The notes: generated by a model not told the origin, from the letters alone. Shown: positions 31,656 through 44,651, counted from the first letter of the stretch. The stretch: 64,000 nt of DNA from Eledone cirrhosa (GCA_964016885.1 OZ024740.1:333374001-333438000); one strand, 5' to 3'. Numbers and translations: made by a program.

Positions 31656-33385
31656 GGGGGGGGGAGTGGGGGTGTGATATGCAGATCGAAATTATAATGA
31701 TTGATGGCTTCTTAAGCTGAATGCAAAAGTCGACATACACTCACGATTCCTCTTGTAAATGACTGCAGATATATTGAAACCAATCATATTTAAATACGAA
31801 AAAAGGAAATGCGTGTACTAAGCAGATGGATCTGCTTAATGTTTTGCAGAAATATACATTAGTTTGTATATAGGAAAAATAATTTCTAATAATATAACAC
31901 ACATTTTCATAGACGACTGTATAATTTCACTATGTTTTTATTGATATATTAAATACAGCTCGTTTTCCTTTTGGTCAATGTACTTAAATCCATTCATATA
32001 GCTACATTAACATTCCGAAATATTTTTGGCAATCACATGTACATACGTAATGCAATATGAATCCATTCCATTGTTTCTCCCAATAAAATAATGATCATGT
32101 ATATGTTTCAGATATCTAGAAATAAGCAATGTCTATCGGTGATGTGGGATTAATCAGGGTTTTCACGGTTTCATTACGTTGATTTCAAACATATTTTCTG
32201 TTGTAGTTAATGGGGATGTGCAGCCATAACTGAATTATGTTAGTAGAAATATATCACATATGTTTGAAAGACCATCCCATTATATTATCCTGAAAATTAT
32301 TCAGGGATATATTGTCGAAATTATCTTGCGTTAGAGATTGTATGTCGAATTCATTTAAAAAGGGCTTTCAATAGGAGGGTACACAGTATATATTTACCTT
32401 CAAAATGTCGGTATGAAACACGCTGTACTGCATATCTAGAGATGAATCGAGTATTGCAGTTTATAATATATATGACGTCTAACCACAAGAGCCTAGAACA
32501 CAGCCTATTCCAATATATATGTGGATAGAATACCAGTGCGAGTAATTCTTGAAATGTTATCTACCATCTGTTTTTTTTTTTGTTTTGTTTTATTCGTGTG
32601 TCAACAATGCTCTCATATATGAATTTTTATTTTATCGGAATCACATAATTAATGTAATTAATGCACTTCAGGAAAGAACATGAGTAACGTGGTGTCTGAT
32701 GTGAGCGATTTACTGTTCATAATTTTGAAGCCTTTCATCGCATCAAATAGGCTGGATGTTATGATGTTCGTTATGTGTTACGTTGGTTTTATGTTAGTAG
32801 TTTAATGCCGATATTACTAACGCTGCTAAACTGCCTGGCAGTGGATCAGATAGGTCAGTAATGGTGTTGTATTATATTATTTTACCCTCCCAAAACTATA
32901 TTGATTTCTGTAAATGTAATATCCATATCTAATTATATATATTTGTATGATGTTTTACCTCAATTAATGTCAAACTGTCTCACTCACAGTAGAAAATAAT
33001 AGTTTATGTTACTGATTAAGTTGCCATGTACTACATTATTTGTATTTTGGATAACAATTTCGTGATATATTATGCACAAGATGACAAAAGACTAAATGAA
33101 AATAAGAATGTTTAGATACGTGAAGAATATTATTCGTATACAATTAAATCCTACAAATTTTAAACATATAAATATACATATACATACATAAATAAGCACG
33201 CACACAGACACAGCAGTATGTGCCGATGATGATGATGGTATATATATATATATCAATATAGTGTAGATGATTCAATGAATTACTGAATTACTGGTGGTGG
33301 ATACCAAAACAAAAACTCTATGCTCAGGTAGAGTGAATATATTAAAAAAACATAATGTTTCGTTTACGTCTATTTAGAATTTTAT

Positions 33386-33608
33386 TGTGTATTGATCGTT
33401 TCGCAGAAGGTTGGATCAAGTTCACCCTTAGAAGTTATGGACCAGACTCCATTATCGATCTGCTCTTCAGAGTGTTTATGCGACACACATTATATTTTTC
33501 GTCACATCGCCGGTCTGAGGAGCAGGTCGACGACTGAGTCGGATCCATAACTTCTATGGCTGAACCAGGTCCAATGCTCTGCGAAACGCACGTACCAGGT
33601 CGATACAC
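33386..33608. ncRNA. Diverged inverted repeat with a hammerhead core in each arm
   Basis: Plus arm CTGAGGA-GCAG...CTGC-GAAA-cgcacgta (33515-33594); minus arm CTGAAGA-GCAG...CTGC-GAAA-cgatc (33394-33470). Confidence 0.7.
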
Positions 33609-33656
33609 TAAATACATGTACACGAAATTTCATAATTTGTTTCATCATATATTGAG

Positions 33657-34730
33657 AAGAAAGAAGCAGAAATAAAATAGATTGAAGGGACAGGTGGGCT
33701 GTAATTGGAAATAAATGTATTTAGATGAACATAACAGGTCCATTCATTTTGACATCTCTTGCAAAACTGTTGATGCTCGGCAGAAATAACAACACAAGTA
33801 TGTTAATACTTGAAAGAAAAAGTGGAGTGTGCGTATTTTGTTGGTCTGTATTAGCTGTAAGAGTATATGCTTCTGACAATAAGAGAGCCATAGGAATCTA
33901 GGGGTAGATGTACAAGCACGTGTGTGATAACGGATGGGGTAATAAAGGAATTGGGGAGGGGAATTGAGTCCATGACGGAAACAGGATCCAAGGAGGTATA
34001 TCAGACTCTGTTCCATCCTAGTGTGTTAGGCCAGTGATACGTGAAGTAAAAGGACACCCAGGACTGAGGCATGTAGGAAGAGTGACCTGGAGAACGGAAA
34101 TGGCGGGTGACGGGAGTATCCAAACCGAGTAATATGCACATCAAATGTTCAGCAACATGGTCCGTTGCTGATGTATAAGGATCCGTAAAGGGAACATCGT
34201 CGGGTATAGACAACGTGGGTGGAGGTGCAGGGTGAAGGAATGGCGGATACGTTATGACCCGTTGAGGCTTGTGAAAGTGGAAATGAAAGGACAAGTGTTA
34301 CAGCGGGGACGATAAAAAGGATGAAGCCGGGTGGAATCGTAGGAGAGGATGAGAAGGAACTACATACCAGGAGGTCACGAAGTTTATGGGTGCGCTTAAA
34401 TACACTAATAGGTTGGTTAGGAAAAATTAAGAGAAGTGACGGTGACTGAGATGCCATCTGTGTTGATGAAGGCATATCTTGAAAAAAAAGCTTTGAGCGT
34501 TAGTCGACAGAAGAACCCTTCAATATCGACACGTGTGCGTAACTCGTCGCAGCTTGATGTGGTTGGTATAAAACGCAAACCCTAGGTGAGTAGGGAGCGC
34601 TGAACTTCGGAAAGTGGTAGGTCCTGGGTATGGTGACAACAGGGGAGGGGTGTTAGGGAATATGCCAAGAGTTTTCGACGAATAGATCAAGGCAATGAAG
34701 CTCTCTGTGAAATGTAACCGAACCAAAATA
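33657..34730 (-). mobile_element. PLE family-B2 3' fragment (GIY-YIG region)
   Basis: PISVFKRTHKLRDLLVCSS, CTSTHVVY, PVTRHFRSPGHS, EQSLIYLLGS..HGLNS; 3' UTR matches 10115-10230. Confidence 0.8.
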
Positions 34731-34996
34731 TAATATATGGTTACGATCTCAACACATATTTATGCTATCTAAGGTTTCAAACTACAACCAGAATAGGACA
34801 TACAATTTCTATATCTGATAGATTTGTTTTTTTTCAAACAAAATCAAGTTAGTTTAACGATATTGCACACATACAAACCACGTCAAGCATAAGGGGTTAA
34901 TATAATTATATATTTTGTGTTTAATGTATACAGAAGCTGGGAGCAGTATTGTTAATACTGCATGCAAAATATGTGTATATTATTTATATAGTAAAA

Positions 34997-35199
34997 GGGC
35001 GGTGGATTGGCATATCGGTAGAGTGTCGGACGCCATGCTTTGACGCATAGAGTTACGGCCCTTGCCATTCTGAGTCCAAATCCCGCTGAGGTTAACTTTG
35101 CCTTTCATCCTTACGGGGATGATAAAATAGGGGACGATAAAATAAAAGTACCAGTAATACATTGGTGATTTTGCTGGCCTTCTGCCAACAGTAGAAACA
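34997..35199 (+). mobile_element. Full-length tRNA-derived SINE with 15-bp TSD
   Basis: TSD attatttatatagta at 34979-34993 and 35200-35214. Confidence 0.9.
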
Positions 35200-35706
35200 A
35201 TTATTTATATAGTATATTCTGTTTGACTGTACTTGTGTGTAGTTTGATTTGTACAAACACACACACAAATATACAGACAGTCACACACACACATACACAC
35301 ACTCACACACACACACACACGCATATATATAAGAATGTATGTATAGTGTATTTTGCAATACACTGTATGCCTTATTAAAAGCATTTTGAAGACCATACGC
35401 TATTATTTTAAAGTATCGACATTGTCACTTACTTAAATTTTCGGCAGACAGGGGGAGATAATTGAAAGCGGTGTTTCGTACTTGTTGGTACTTATCAAAA
35501 CTCACTACTCTTCCCGTCTGCCGAAAAATATGTGTGTTGGATTCTTATAGAATTCCAGTAACAATCAGGAACTGATTTTACAGAGCCGTCGCCGGCCCAG
35601 CAGAAATTGAAAATTAGAATTAGTGCTTAATTAAAAGCATTTTGAAGACCATACGCTGTTGTTTTAAAGTAGCGACATCGTCGTTTACTTAAATATATAT
35701 ATATAT

Positions 35707-36120
35707 ATATGAAAGACGTAAAATAAGAAAATTATAAAAATTAACTTACTTACTAAAATTTCACTCCAACTAATTAGTTTCTGAAAGGGAATAAACATGG
35801 TTTCCAAATGGAAAGCATGGAGAAGCCGTTTCGTTATAAGGAAGTCTGTTCTCAGCTAAGTTACCAGGCGATGCGTGGATGTCTTGAAAGTTAGTCCACG
35901 CTTGCTTTTTTCCATCCACTGAATTATTTTTGTATAAGTTCCCTGTGTTCACGCATCGCCTGGTAACTTAGCTGAGAACAGACTTCCTGATGACGAAATG
36001 GCTTCTCCATGCTCTCCATTTGGAAACCATGTTTATTCCCTTTCATAAACTAATTAGTAGGAGTTTGATTTTAGTAAGTAAGTTAATTTTTATAATTTTC
36101 TTAATTTATGTCTATCATAT
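35707..36120. repeat. Palindrome with arms of about 170 bp and a spacer of about 70 bp
   Basis: 35707-35877 vs 35950-36120 reverse complement, for example ggaagtctgttctcagctaagttaccaggcgatgcgtg / cacgcatcgcctggtaacttagctgagaacagacttcc. Confidence 0.92.
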
Positions 36121-36629
36121 AATTGTTCTGCATCCCCTTGCATAGAGCCTCAAAGATACTAAGACAAAACCTATATATTTGGTAGCATAGGTATGCATCT
36201 GTATATATATGTTGGTAGATATACTAATTCTTTATATATATATATATATATATATACAGTGGCGGACTGGCCAGGGTGCTAGGTTGCCCAATGGCAAGTG
36301 GACCGCTGGGGGTCCACGGTAGAATACAGGGGACACCAGTAGTATTGCATAGCTACTATAGTATTTTAGGGGCCAATGCTTTACTTTAAAAAAATACCTG
36401 AATTCTAATAGAAAGAAAAACATGTTGTTTAAAAATAAATAAAACAATTAAGGAAGGCATTTGGTCATCCAATATATATGATAGTGCAAATAGGTGGAAC
36501 CAGTGGTTGTACATTATATTAAAACTAAAGCTTAGTATATTCATTCATGCATGCAAACATAGATATATAGACACACACATACGCATATATATTTATATAT
36601 ATGTATAAGACTGTGTGTGTGTGTGTATG

Positions 36630-36667
<38 letters not shown>

Positions 36668-36679
36668 TATATATGTGTA

Positions 36680-36777
<98 letters not shown>

Positions 36778-37219
36778 TACACTTTCTGAGAGGATCTTTT
36801 CCGAAATCATTAGAATTGTCTGATAGACCTTTGAATCCTCAGTCAGCTCGATCCACACACAGATCGCACCTCGAGTTGTATTGCCGGGAAAACAATTGTA
36901 ATACGCAATAAATTGAGTTCCGATGCATCACTGATTTTTCGTTTACTACTTTATCATACTCTGCTCCGTAGGAGCATATAGTGCACAACCGGAATACCGC
37001 CTATGGAAGTATCTTAGCTATTATTAGACATATATTGTATATATAATATATATGTGTGTGTGTGAATGAAGTAATTCCGTCGGAAAAGTCCAGGAAAAGA
37101 GAGTGTTCTATGTAGGTAACAGAGCTTAATAGTTATGTAATAAAAAACATAAGGCAACTATTCCATTTACCAGTGGTTCCTTTTTTTTATTCTGATGATT
37201 GAAAGCAAAATTGTTTACA

Positions 37220-37290
<71 letters not shown>

Positions 37291-37370
37291 CAAAATATTA
37301 ACAAAAATAGACATTCGTGTGATCAAGTATATTTTATTATACATATTTCAGAGTTACTGAGCTATCTTCC

Positions 37371-37536
37371 ACAGTACGTCCGCATCAAATAAAATAAGAT
37401 GATTCATGACACACTCTGACTTGGTAGATGGTTAAGATTCAGTCATGGTAGTGCATTACCGTGACTGAATCTTAACCATCTACTAAGTCAAGGCATGTTA
37501 TGCATCATCTTATTTCATCTGATGCGGACGTACTGT
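37371..37536. repeat. Palindrome of about 165 bp overlapping a variant hammerhead (37332-37394, minus)
   Basis: Arms centred on ggta-gtgcat-tacc; minus strand reads ttttat-TTGATGC-gga...tct-GAAA-tatgtata-ataaaa, and the right arm has CTGATGC. Confidence 0.85.
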
Positions 37537-37728
37537 CTTATTAAATTGTTTTCATTTTTTTTTTTTTATTGAAAGCAGTTTTTTTTTTTAAATTAGTCAG
37601 TGATAATGTGTCTATTCAGTTTAGAATAAGTACACCATGTTGTAAAAGGTGACTAAAAGTGTTAGCACCAGGAACAGCATTTGCCTGTAAAACATTACCT
37701 CAAAAAGGACCCCATTATGAATATAAAG

Positions 37729-37902
37729 TGGCAGTATCGGTAGAGGGTTGGACGCCATGCTTTCTAGCATAGTTACGTCCCTTTACGGTTTGAGTTCAAA
37801 TCCCGCTGAGGTTAACTTTGCCTTTCATCCTTACGGGGTCGATAAAATAAAGTACCAGTAATGTACTGGGTAATTGCTGGCCTTGTGCCTAAAGTAGAAA
37901 CA
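37729..37902 (+). mobile_element. tRNA-derived SINE with 15-bp TSD
   Basis: TSD attatgaatataaag at 37714-37728 and 37903-37917. Confidence 0.92.
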
Positions 37903-38425
37903 ATTATGAATATAAAGAGTCCATGATGAGTCCTGCAAGAAACATTCTTATATCAGCAAGGAAAATGGCCTTAGAATATTTGTTCTTGTACAGTTTAGTG
38001 AGGGAAGGGAAAACAGACGGTGCCTATAATTGTTTTCCTTTCAGGGCTTCTGCGACTGATGGGAGAGAGGGAAGTATCCTCAAACCCAAATGTTTGCAAA
38101 AGAATGAACTCTGTTAGAGATAGCCAAAAGTCAGGTGGTGGTGTTAAGCTGGGTGACAAATTAAGTCTACAATGCAAATAAGCCACAACAGGATTGAAAC
38201 AAATACTACAAGTCATTTCGTCTGACACTCTATCAGTTGCATTAATCCACTGCTTTGGACATGTACTTTTTTTTATCAACCCTGAAAAAATAAATTGCAA
38301 AGTTAATCTTGTCTAGTTTGGAAGATATACTGCAAGGTAATTTGTCCTATGTTTGAACTACTTTACCAATTCACTGACTTATGGGGAGGGGTGGGTGGGT
38401 AAAAAAAAAAAGATATACATATATG

Positions 38426-38456
<31 letters not shown>

Positions 38457-38643
38457 CTGTTTCTACTTTAGGCACAAGGCCAGCAAAAACCCAGTGCATT
38501 GCTGGTACTTTATTTTATCGACCCCGTAAGGATGAAAGGCAAAGTCAACCTCGTCGGGATTTGAACTCAGATCGTAAAGGGACGTAACTATGCTGGAAAG
38601 CATGGCGTCCGACTCTCTACCGATACTGCAAATCCACCGCCCT
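38457..38643 (-). mobile_element. Full-length tRNA-derived SINE inside (TA)n
   Basis: Reverse complement of the consensus from gggcggtgga to gaaaca. Confidence 0.92.
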
Positions 38644-38918
38644 ATATATATATATATAACGGCGATGAATTAGTTTTGTGAGGATTTTGATATGAAACGT
38701 GTGTCGAAACAAATATTGTTATACTTGGGGAGGGTCATATTTGTGTAATAATATTGCCAGAATTAATAACAGAACACACTCACTGTTTGGTTGGTTTTCG
38801 TTTCTGTGTCTTTTATATCGGCCAATTTAATTTATTGGGTCCTCAATGTTACCATTGACTGACCAACGGTAAAAAATACAGATACAATATAGACACAAAC
38901 ACATATATATATAGTCTA

Positions 38919-38958
38919 ACAAAGTTCTTTCGTTGCACATCTGCAACATCGTCAGTGG
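38919..38958 (-). ncRNA. Hammerhead ribozyme in the 3' pLTR; same motif at 43301-43340 (minus) and 48862-48901 (plus)
   Basis: Minus strand reads cca-CTGACGA-tGTTGCA gatg TGCAAC-GAAA-gaacttt-g. Confidence 0.8.
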
Positions 38959-41900
38959 TGCTATTATATTTCCTCGTGTTGTATTGTATGCCTACTCCAT
39001 CTTTATTTAGTCTGTTTATTTATTTATTTATTTTCGTCTTCTCTGAGCATGCGTTTGCGTGTGTGTATAGTGTTTGATGTGTGTTCGTGTTTGGGTGACT
39101 GACTTAGTTTACTAGTGTGCGTTTATATGTGTTTGTTATTATTGTGCTTGTTTATGAATTTATTTATTTATTTATACTTCTCTTAGGTCAGTATTGTTTG
39201 TTAGGGTGTTGTTGTTATACCATTCATTTTTTCTATTTAGCCTTGGCCTTCTAAGTTCTATTTCGCTGGCCTCTCTGATTTGCCTATCTGCTGGGTCATT
39301 TCTATGTTTAGATATTATTATAATTTCTATGTTGTCTATGTTACCATCGTGTTGTACTGAACCGTATAGTACTGAACCGTTTTTTCGTCCTTTTAGTCGC
39401 CCCCCCCCCCCCCCCCCCGGTGTTGGTCTATCCTTTCTCCTATGCTACGAGCTGTCTCGCCTATGTATGTTGTTGTCATGTTTCTGCAAGTACCCTCTGT
39501 ACATCTTATGCTATAGAATACGTTTCTAGTTTTAGAGTTTATCCGGGGGTTTACTTTACATATAATACATTTCCTATTAGTACAGTAGCTTTTCCTAAAA
39601 GGGTAGGTTTTGCTGATCATGGATTTTATGGTGGTTCCTGACTTTTCTACCACCTTAATCTTTAAGTGGGTCTTTCTTAGGGCCTTTCGACACTGGTTAG
39701 CTAATTTCCCTTTCCCTATCTTATGTCTAGTCCTATCTAAGCTATTCCATGATTTGCTCCTGTATAATGGGAAAATTCCTTTCATGGGCAGTTCTATGAG
39801 GGTATTATACTTCTCTGTGGTTCCTTCGTATACTCTGATTCTGTCTCTTTGGTTGTAGCCAGAGAACTGCATGCGGTTGATGAAGTGTTGGATGTGTCTT
39901 TACATTTCTTTTGGGTCGTACATGCGGGACACGTTCTTCATCACTCGTACCATGTCTGCGATCAGAATATTAAACTTAGCACTACTGGACATTGCTGAGT
40001 TTTTTAGTATCAGGTATTTGGAGGCCATAGGTTTAGCGTAGTGTGAGTGGAGAATTTGGGCTCTCTCGTCTATTGTATTAATCCAGAGTTCCGTGTCTAA
40101 TACAGGTAGTCTATTGTTAGGGTGTTTGGAAGGGTAGTCGGTAGCTACAGATATACTCTGGTGTATGGAATTAGCCATCTGCAGGATGCTTTCCATTGTG
40201 CTACGTTCTAAATCAAACTTGTTAGTACTCTCTTGTGGGGATGTCCTTATTACTATATTGATGTCGTCTACGTAACGAGAGTACATGAAGAGGTCTATGG
40301 AGCTCTCATCAAGGATATATTTGAGTCTCCTTTCCCACCATACCATTAAAAGTTTGGCAACGTCACCAGCTATGATGACGGCAATGGCTGCTCTCTAATT
40401 TTGGGTGTAGATATGCTCGTTGAATTTGAATATGTGGCTCTTTAGGGTAGTTTTGATACTAGCCCCTATTGCATGTGCGACCATTTTTTTACTTGATCAT
40501 TATTTTGGGGGGTCCGTATGGCTTTGGTACAACCAATCTACCTTACCATGGGAGGTTATGGTGGGGGGTCTACCTCTTATGGATCTACTGGGGCAGAAGC
40601 GTCTAAGGTCATGGCTGTATAGGTAGTCAGTGTCATAGGTAAGTCTAAGTAGGAGGCCCAGTTCGTCTGTGTCGTCGTCGCAGAACTCCACCTCACTCTC
40701 AATGATCATCTGCACACATTTTCGCACAGCAACATCAATGTTAATGGATGGGTACAGTGATACCACATCCATACTGCCTATTTTGCAGTTGGAAAGGTTT
40801 TTGTTTTTGTTGCACGCACTGATTCTGCTGAGGAGGTCCTCTGTACTGTCACATACATCTGGGGACATCTTAATTATGGGGCGTATAACCATTGAGAGGA
40901 ATTAGATCCTGTAGTTGCTAGCTATATTTGCTCCGCATATAGGTGTTGTTGGTGGTGCTGTTGTCGGGTCGTCGACTGTCGTATGGTCTTTGCGGAGCCC
41001 ATACAAGGGTGGTATACCATTGTTAGATGCCTGGAATTTGTTGGCAGTGCGCCTTCTTGGCTTTAGGATGTAGGTCCACATAATCATGTGAGCGTTGATG
41101 ATTTTCTCTCTCCTTTCATGTATTTACTGTGCAATTTCGCTCGTGTTGGTGATGTGGGGTTGCATAGCATTGATGTGTTTCGGCATGTTGTCTATTGACA
41201 CCCTAACAGACTTATCCGTGGGTAGACATACTACCTCACCATCCCTTGTGCGCTGCTTGGGGCTAACCAAGCCTTCTACAGGTTTCCTCCCAAGTTGTTG
41301 GACTTCTGGTTTGCTTTGTCTCTTAGTATAGCGGTCTACTATGTGTCTAATCTTATTTCTAGCTATGGTGAACTGTGCCTCTGTCTCGTCATTTATTTGT
41401 TGTGGTATACAAACCCTTTTATTAAAGGGTAACTTCGTAGGATAGATATTACCCATCTTATATATTTTGTCAACTGGGTTGAAGAATAGTTTCTCTAAGG
41501 AGTTGTCATTATATCTATCGTCATAGTTGTGTGTGTTGCTATTATTGTTACTATGGTGGTTGTTGTTGTTCCTATCATTAACATTATTATTATTGTTATG
41601 ATTGCTAGATGTATTGTTGCTGTGATTGTTATATGTATTGTTGTTGTTTTCTCCACCGTTATTGTTGTTGTTACTGTTATTCCTATCATTGTGGTTGTTA
41701 CTTTTATTATGTTTCTTGTTTTTGTTGTTGTTGTTGTTGTTACCCGTATTATTACCATTATTACTACTGTGGTCGCTGCTGCTGTGTCTGTCGTTAATGT
41801 TTCTATTATTATTAGTATTATATATATATATATATATTGCCTGTAATGTATATATTGTTTAGCTTCTGATAATAACTCTTAACATCCTGTGATGATTTCT

Positions 41901-42009
41901 ACAAAATTACCTAAAATTGGGATTGTTATGTCAAATGTTTATAGTATTTATACTTGTAGACAGATCATTGTGAAAATTTGCAGTGTTAAAGACTTAAATG
42001 TTTAATTTT

Positions 42010-42187
42010 TGGCAGTATCGGTAGAGGGTCGGACGCCATGCTTTGACGTATAGAGTTACGGCCCTTGCCATTCTGAGTTCAAATCCCGCCTAGGTTAACT
42101 TTGCCTTTCATCCTTATGAGGTCGATAAAATAAAGTACCAGTAATGCACTGGATAATCGCTGGCCTTGTGCCAAAAAGTAGAAACAA
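42010..42187 (+). mobile_element. SINE nested in the family-C PLE ORF
   Basis: SINE consensus match. Confidence 0.9.
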
Positions 42188-43396
42188 TATTATTATTATG
42201 GTTGTTTTTGTTGTTCTGTCTATCGTTAGTATTATTACCATTATTACTATTTCTCACTCTCCTGCTATTGTTAGTTATGACTATTACTAGTATAGCTGTT
42301 ATTTCTATACTCGGAGTTATTGTTTATATTACTACTATCGTTATTATTGTTGTTGTTGTCCGTATAGTTGTTGTTGTTGTTTACTTTTGCATTCCAACGT
42401 ATTTTTGAGAAACACTTTTCCAGCTCCGTTTTACACTCGATAGGGTTAATCTTTTTTTAGATAGCAAATTTTGGTGGTAGCTGCAGGATTTGTTGTTCTT
42501 GTTCACTGATTAAAGTGTTCCCATAGATATTTACTGTCTGGTCAGTGGTAAATTCTTCCGGTAGTTCTACATCAGTCATACGGATATTGTTGATATTATC
42601 TGGGTATTTTTGTGAATATTCTATTTTTCTTTCTTCTAGTTTTTTCTTATTCGTCCATTCTAATTTCTTATTAAAATGCCTACTGCATTCGTTTTGCACG
42701 TATTTCGTTTCACGTCGAATGACGCTCATGAGTTCATCCCTCTCGTTTGGTGTGGTGAGATTTCGAACTTCCTTACCGTTAATGCGTTTCTATCTGTAAA
42801 GTTCGTTAACTTTTGTGTATGTTGTTCTTTTCATATTAACTGTTATTGTGTGTTTTAGACGTTCAGCTTGTGTTTTGTTTAATAATAAATTATTTACTTG
42901 TTTTGATATGTTTATTGTGTATATTTTGATGGAAACACAGTGTTTTAAGAAGCGGATTTGTTCTGTTGTTATTGTAGTTTTTATATTACAGAAAACAGTG
43001 TCTGTCAATAACATTTCAGCTTTGAACAAGCTAATGCCATAATAGCGATGAATTAGTTTTGCGAGGTATTTGATATGAAATCGAGTGTCGAAACAAATAT
43101 TGTTATACATGGGGAGGGTCATATTTGTGTAATAATATTGCCAGAATTAATAACAGAACACACTCACTGTTTGGTTGGTTTTCGCTTCTGTGTCTTTTAT
43201 ATCGGTCAATTTAATTTATTCGGTCCTCAATTTTACCATTGACTGACCAACGTTCAAAAATACAGATACAATATAGACACAAACACATATACATAGTCTA
43301 ACAAAGTTCTTTCGTTGCACATCTGCAACATCGTCAGTGGTGCTATTACGTTTCCTTCTGTTGTATTGTATGCCTACTCCATCTTTATTTAATCTG

Positions 43397-43439
<43 letters not shown>

Positions 43440-43529
43440 ATAATAATATATTTGAAGACTAAAATCCAAAGAGTGCTCGATAAGGATAAATATATATCAA
43501 ATATATAAGAACCGAAGAGCAAATATTTA

Positions 43530-44618
43530 TTAAAATAACAGATTAAAGTTTAAGCAAAGAATCGCTGCTTTCACCCTTAACGGGATCTTCTGAAAATAAC
43601 AAAGTCAATCTGTGAACGCAGAAGTGAATATTTCAAAAAACGTTGCAACCGGAAGAAGACAGGAAGACGATACTTTGGTTCGTGGAAACGTTCCGTGGCA
43701 AAGAAAAAACGAATATATGTCATTATTTGGAGCGGCTCTTGCCATTCTATGTTCAACTCCCGCCGAGGTTAACTTTGCCTTTCATCCGATAAAATAAAGT
43801 ACCAGTAATGTACTGAGTAATTGCTGGCATTGTGCCAAAAGTAGAAACAATTATTTGTAGCGGCGAAAAACAATTACACGCAAAGACAAAACCGCGTTTA
43901 TGGTATAAAAGAAGTCGTAGACTAATATTCTCTTAGGTGGTTCATAGAGACGTTCTCTGGCAATGAACGGAAAAATCGAAGATAATACTTCATATATGGA
44001 GCGTGGAGAATAATTGCACACAAAGACAAAACCACGTAAATGGCATAACTGAAGACGTAGACTAAAATTCTAACTAGGAAACCGAATGATTCTCGGATTC
44101 AGATTTAAGAATAAAGTAAATAAAATACAGAGGTAATTGAAATTAAATAAATACATACACGCATCCATATATGTAGCATACATAGGTATATAAGCATACA
44201 TAGGTATACAAATACACGCACATATAAATATGTATGTGTGTGTGCTTGTATACAAATAATTAAATAAACGTATATTAATAAATAAATATGCATATAACAA
44301 GCCCACACACGTCTCTATGAACCACCTAAGAGAATATTAGTCTATGACATCTTTTATACCATAAACGTGGTTTTGTCTTTGCGTGTAATTGTTTTTCATC
44401 GCTCCAAATAATGACGTATTATATTCGTTTTTTCCCGTTCTTTACCAGGGAACGTTTCCACGAACCAAAGTATCGTCTTCCTGTCTTTCTCCGGTTGCAA
44501 CGTTTTTTGAAATATCAATATCCACTTCTGCGTTTACAGATTGACTTTGTTAGTTTCAGAAGATCCCGTTAAGGGTGAAAGCAGCGATTCTTTGCTTAAA
44601 CTTTATTCTGTTATTTTA
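43530..44618. repeat. Long inverted repeat (arms of about 300 bp) with a SINE inserted in the left arm only
   Basis: 43530-43736 plus 43865-43952 vs 44310-44618 reverse complement; SINE 43737-43849 with TSD attatttg(g/t)agcggc. Confidence 0.9.
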
Positions 44619-44621
44619 TTA

Positions 44622-44651
<30 letters not shown>

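Larger units (their letters stand above)
38660..43403 (-). mobile_element. Near full-length Penelope-like element family C with direct pLTRs (38662-39025 and 43045-43403); ORF about 43122 to 39176, disrupted
   Basis: MTLPMYNNICFD start inside the pLTR; LQLPPKF, PTDKS, PPLYGLRKDH, GSMDVVSLYPSI, YSRYVDD, VFYSIRC...YIGETARS; HHR in each pLTR. Confidence 0.93.

Noticed and set aside
36785-36816. Hammerhead-like CTGAGA-GGAtctttTCC-GAAA
   Set aside because: Core one nucleotide short; cannot distinguish decay from chance
41495-41862. Hydrophobic V/I-rich, poly-Leu and Cys/Tyr-rich ORFs resembling membrane or keratin-associated proteins
   Set aside because: Alternative and antisense frames of the AAC/AAT-rich tract in the PLE ORF
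38660-43403. Naiad/Chlamys-type PLE with permuted domains or selenocysteine recoding
   Set aside because: GIY-YIG is C-terminal to RT; stops look like random decay and no SECIS was recognised
44554-44592. Hammerhead-like CAGAAGA-tCCCgttaaGGGt-GAAA
   Set aside because: U4 replaced by A and no credible stems I and III
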